DNA of 64,000 nucleotides from Candidatus Omnitrophota bacterium (GTDB lineage Bacteria > Omnitrophota > Gorgyraeia > JABMRN01 > RBG-13-46-9), in NCBI GenBank assembly GCA_016782425.1, contig JADHYN010000006.1:2190-66189 (forward strand). Direction: 5' to 3'. The translations under genes and the position numbers were made by a program. Shown one piece after another: positions 63,491 through 64,000 of the stretch. Below the pieces are notes generated by a model. The model saw nothing but the letters and a program-made list of their open reading frames with translations. It had not been told where the DNA came from and did no database searches. Position 1 is the stretch's first letter. Every line of letters begins with the position of its first letter.

Positions 63491-64000
63491 ATGAAATCGC
63501 TTGAAGAACAATTAAATCTCATTAAGCGGGGTACTGTTGAAATTATCCAACAGGATGAGCTTAAGAAAAAGCTTGAGCATTCAGTCAAAACCAAGAAACC
63601 CCTTATCATAAAAGCCGGCTTTGATCCGACTGCGCCAGATATCCATCTTGGCCATACGGTTCTCTTACGAAAGCTCAAACATTTTCAGGACTTGGGGCAT
63701 AAAGTAATTTTCCTAATAGGAGATTTTACAGCGATAATCGGAGATCCATCCGGCCAATCCCAAACCCGAAAAACCCTTACTTTCGATGAAGTTAATAAGA
63801 ACGTAAAGACCTACCTAAAACAAGTTGGCAAAGTATTAAGACTTGACAAAAAGGTATTTGAAGTTCGGTATAACAGCGAATGGTTTGGAAAAGGGACCAG
63901 TAGCACGACCATGGTCCTCACAGAATTTTTGAGAAAAATCGCAGCAAAATATACCGTGGCAAGGCTTATCGAACGAGACGATTTTTCCAAAAGATTAAGG
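63491..64000 (+). CDS. tyrS: Tyrosyl-tRNA synthetase, N-terminal part (3' end cut by window edge)
   Basis: Hand translation gives [19 protein letters not shown]...[47 protein letters not shown] (HIGH motif). The frame is open to the window end. It is absent from the ORF track because no stop is reached. Confidence 0.85.
   Translation, partial: MKSLEEQLNLIKRGTVEIIQQDELKKKLEHSVKTKKPLIIKAGFDPTAPDIHLGHTVLLRKLKHFQDLGHKVIFLIGDFTAIIGDPSGQSQTRKTLTFDEVNKNVKTYLKQVGKVLRLDKKVFEVRYNSEWFGKGTSSTTMVLTEFLRKIAAKYTVARLIERDDFSKRLR

Overview
64-kb bacterial chromosomal segment with 61 protein-coding genes, all on the + strand. The genes are tightly packed, with many 1-4 nt start/stop overlaps. I found no rRNA, tRNA, CRISPR array, transposase, phage gene or recognisable defence or toxin-antitoxin gene. 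The content is core housekeeping of an LPS-making (diderm) bacterium; taxon cannot be assigned from the sequence alone. Gene blocks in order: shikimate/aromatic genes (aroE, aroC, aroK at the start; pheA, hisC, DAHP synthase and tyrA near the end); pilD; dprA-topA-xerC; a large lipid A/Kdo/inner-core block (waaA, lpxK, two LpxL-type acyltransferases, GT4 and four GT9 heptosyltransferase-like domains, a deacetylase, the heptose kinase, kdsB/A/D/C, lptC-like, lptB); queDCEF; tig-clpP; serine genes; purA; membrane pyrophosphatase; uppS-cdsA-dxr-rseP-ispG-proS; rimP-nusA-infB; trpS; scpAB; cmk-plsC; ispH-rpsA; tyrS. I see no self-contained new multi-gene system. Three things are unusual. (1) The LPS block contains domain fusions: LpxL fused to ELM1/DUF1022, GT4 fused to GT9, and GT9 fused to GT9. 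(2) Several distinct palindromic/hairpin repeat families occupy most intergenic spacers longer than about 80 nt. They sit directly after stop codons or across RBS/start codons. At least four places (the GT9-GT9 linker, a repeat protein, ispG, proS) carry such elements in-frame inside coding sequence, reminiscent of Rickettsia palindromic elements. Two families also occur as long perfect inverted repeats bracketing 76-119 nt AT-rich cargo. (3) Two uncharacterised proteins: a 347-aa basic beta-repeat protein start/stop-overlapped with queF, and a secreted proline-rich protein. All calls come from reading the sequence and the ORF translations by eye; no database search or folding program was run.
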